Source: Macrostomum hystrix
Taxonomy: Eukaryota > Animalia > Platyhelminthes
Reading direction: 5' to 3'
Assembly (NCBI GenBank): GCA_950097015.1
Contig: CATNEN010000003.1
Coordinates: 13,578,001 to 13,642,000, forward strand
DNA: 64,000 bases
The first letter of the stretch is position 1. The number at the start of each line of letters is the position of its first letter. The translations under genes and the position numbers were made by a program. The notes under the pieces are model-generated. The model was not told where the DNA came from. It ran no database searches and saw only the letters and a list, made by a program, of their open reading frames with translations. Positions 62,855 through 64,000 of this stretch are shown piece by piece.

Positions 62855-64000
62855 GGTGTCTGTCAGTATCTGTGGGTGTCTGTCAGTATCTGTGGGTGTC
62901 TGTCAGTATCTGTGGGTGACTGTCAGTATCTGTGGGTGTCTGTCAGTATCTGTGGGTGTCTGTCAGTATCTGTGGGTGACTGTCACTATCTGTGGGTGTC
63001 TGTCAGTATCTGTGGGTGTCTGTCAGTATCTGTGGGTGTCTGTCAGTATCTGTGGGTGTCTGTCAGTATCTGTAGGTGTCTGTCAGTATCTGTAGGTGTC
63101 TGTCAGTATCTGTGGGTGTCTGTCAGTATCTGTGGGTGTCTGTCAGTATCTGTGGGTGACTGTCAGTATCTGTGGGTGTCTGTCAGTAGCTGTGGGTGTC
63201 TTTCAGTAGCTGTGGGTGTCTGTCAGTATCTGTAGGCGTCTGTCAGTAGCTGTAGCTGTAGGTGTCTGTCAGTAGCTGTAGCTGTAGGTGTCTGTCAGTA
63301 TCTGTGGGTGTCTGTCAGTATCTGTGGGTGTCTGTCTTACTTACTTTGCAGGGGGGCCTGGGGCACTTGACGCACAAACACAGGAACGGCATGCCCCCAG
63401 TCCGGCGAACTAGGCGAGAGCCGCCCATCGCGCCGCCTCCCCTGAGCAGGCACCTCACACACACAGCAGCAAGCCAAGCGGGGAAGGGGGCGGCAGCCGG
63501 AGTGCCTCTCACCCCAGGCCCGCACACGCACATAGCAGACCAAGCCGGGGCGGAAGGCTGATAGAAATCAGTCCTCAGGGGGGGCGGGTGACGAGTGTAC
63601 ACTTTATCCAATCGCGCTGACGGAAATCCAGATGAGCGCGCGGCGGTGTACACCCGCCCCCCCAGCTACCCCCCGCAAGGTCTAACGCCCCAGCGCCAAC
63701 GCACATAACTCATACAACGCAGAACAGGCACACAGAAGGTAGGAGCGAAGCTATTTTTCAAGCTTTGATTGCACGAAATATGGTGCACCTCCGCCGGTCG
63801 CTACTGTCCAAACCCCCCAACAAGTACCGAAATTAATCGTGACCTGAAGGGTGAATCGAACTAGCGTCCTTTGGAGTGCGAGGCAGCGACGTTAGCCGCT
63901 GACCCCCCTCGCCCCTCGTGGGTGTCTGTCAGTATATGTGGGTGTCTTTCAGTATCTGTGGGTGTCTATCAGTAGCTGTGGGTGTCTGTCAGTATCTGTG
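62855..64000. repeat. 20-bp minisatellite TGTCAGTATCTGTGGGTGTC, SINE-interrupted
   Basis: Tandem copies to window end. Confidence 0.96.
63337..63917 (-). mobile_element. SINE family C, diverged subfamily, in ALIX intronic minisatellite
   Basis: Same head and body, (TAAG)n tail, flanking duplication GTGGGTGTCTGTC. Confidence 0.9.

Overview
Eukaryotic (animal) genomic DNA with GT-AG spliced genes. GC-rich, polyQ/polyA-rich exons and minisatellite-filled introns resemble a Macrostomum-type flatworm (inference). Genes reconstructed by hand: last two exons of a Dachsous protocadherin (+); a two-exon orphan gene (-, 254 aa); a complete 7-exon SLC16/MCT transporter (+, 841 aa); a complete 5-exon PGAP2/Frag1 gene (+, 258 aa) with an intronless rhodopsin-class GPCR nested antisense in its intron 1; an intronless CDIPT/PI synthase (+); and the last exon of ALIX/PDCD6IP (-). 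About 24 kb (~38%, hand estimate) is made of ~30 tandem arrays, which explain nearly all long ORFs in the track. Mobile DNA includes three tRNA-derived SINE families, a hAT MITE carrying a minisatellite, a fold-back CMC/EnSpm-like element and a Merlin transposase remnant. Best leads: complementary repeat pairs around introns/exons, a shared CTGACA/GAGACA core across unrelated arrays, a tandem tRNA-head array, a phased CCAAT array with no nearby gene start, and the orphan gene. No searches or folding programs were run.
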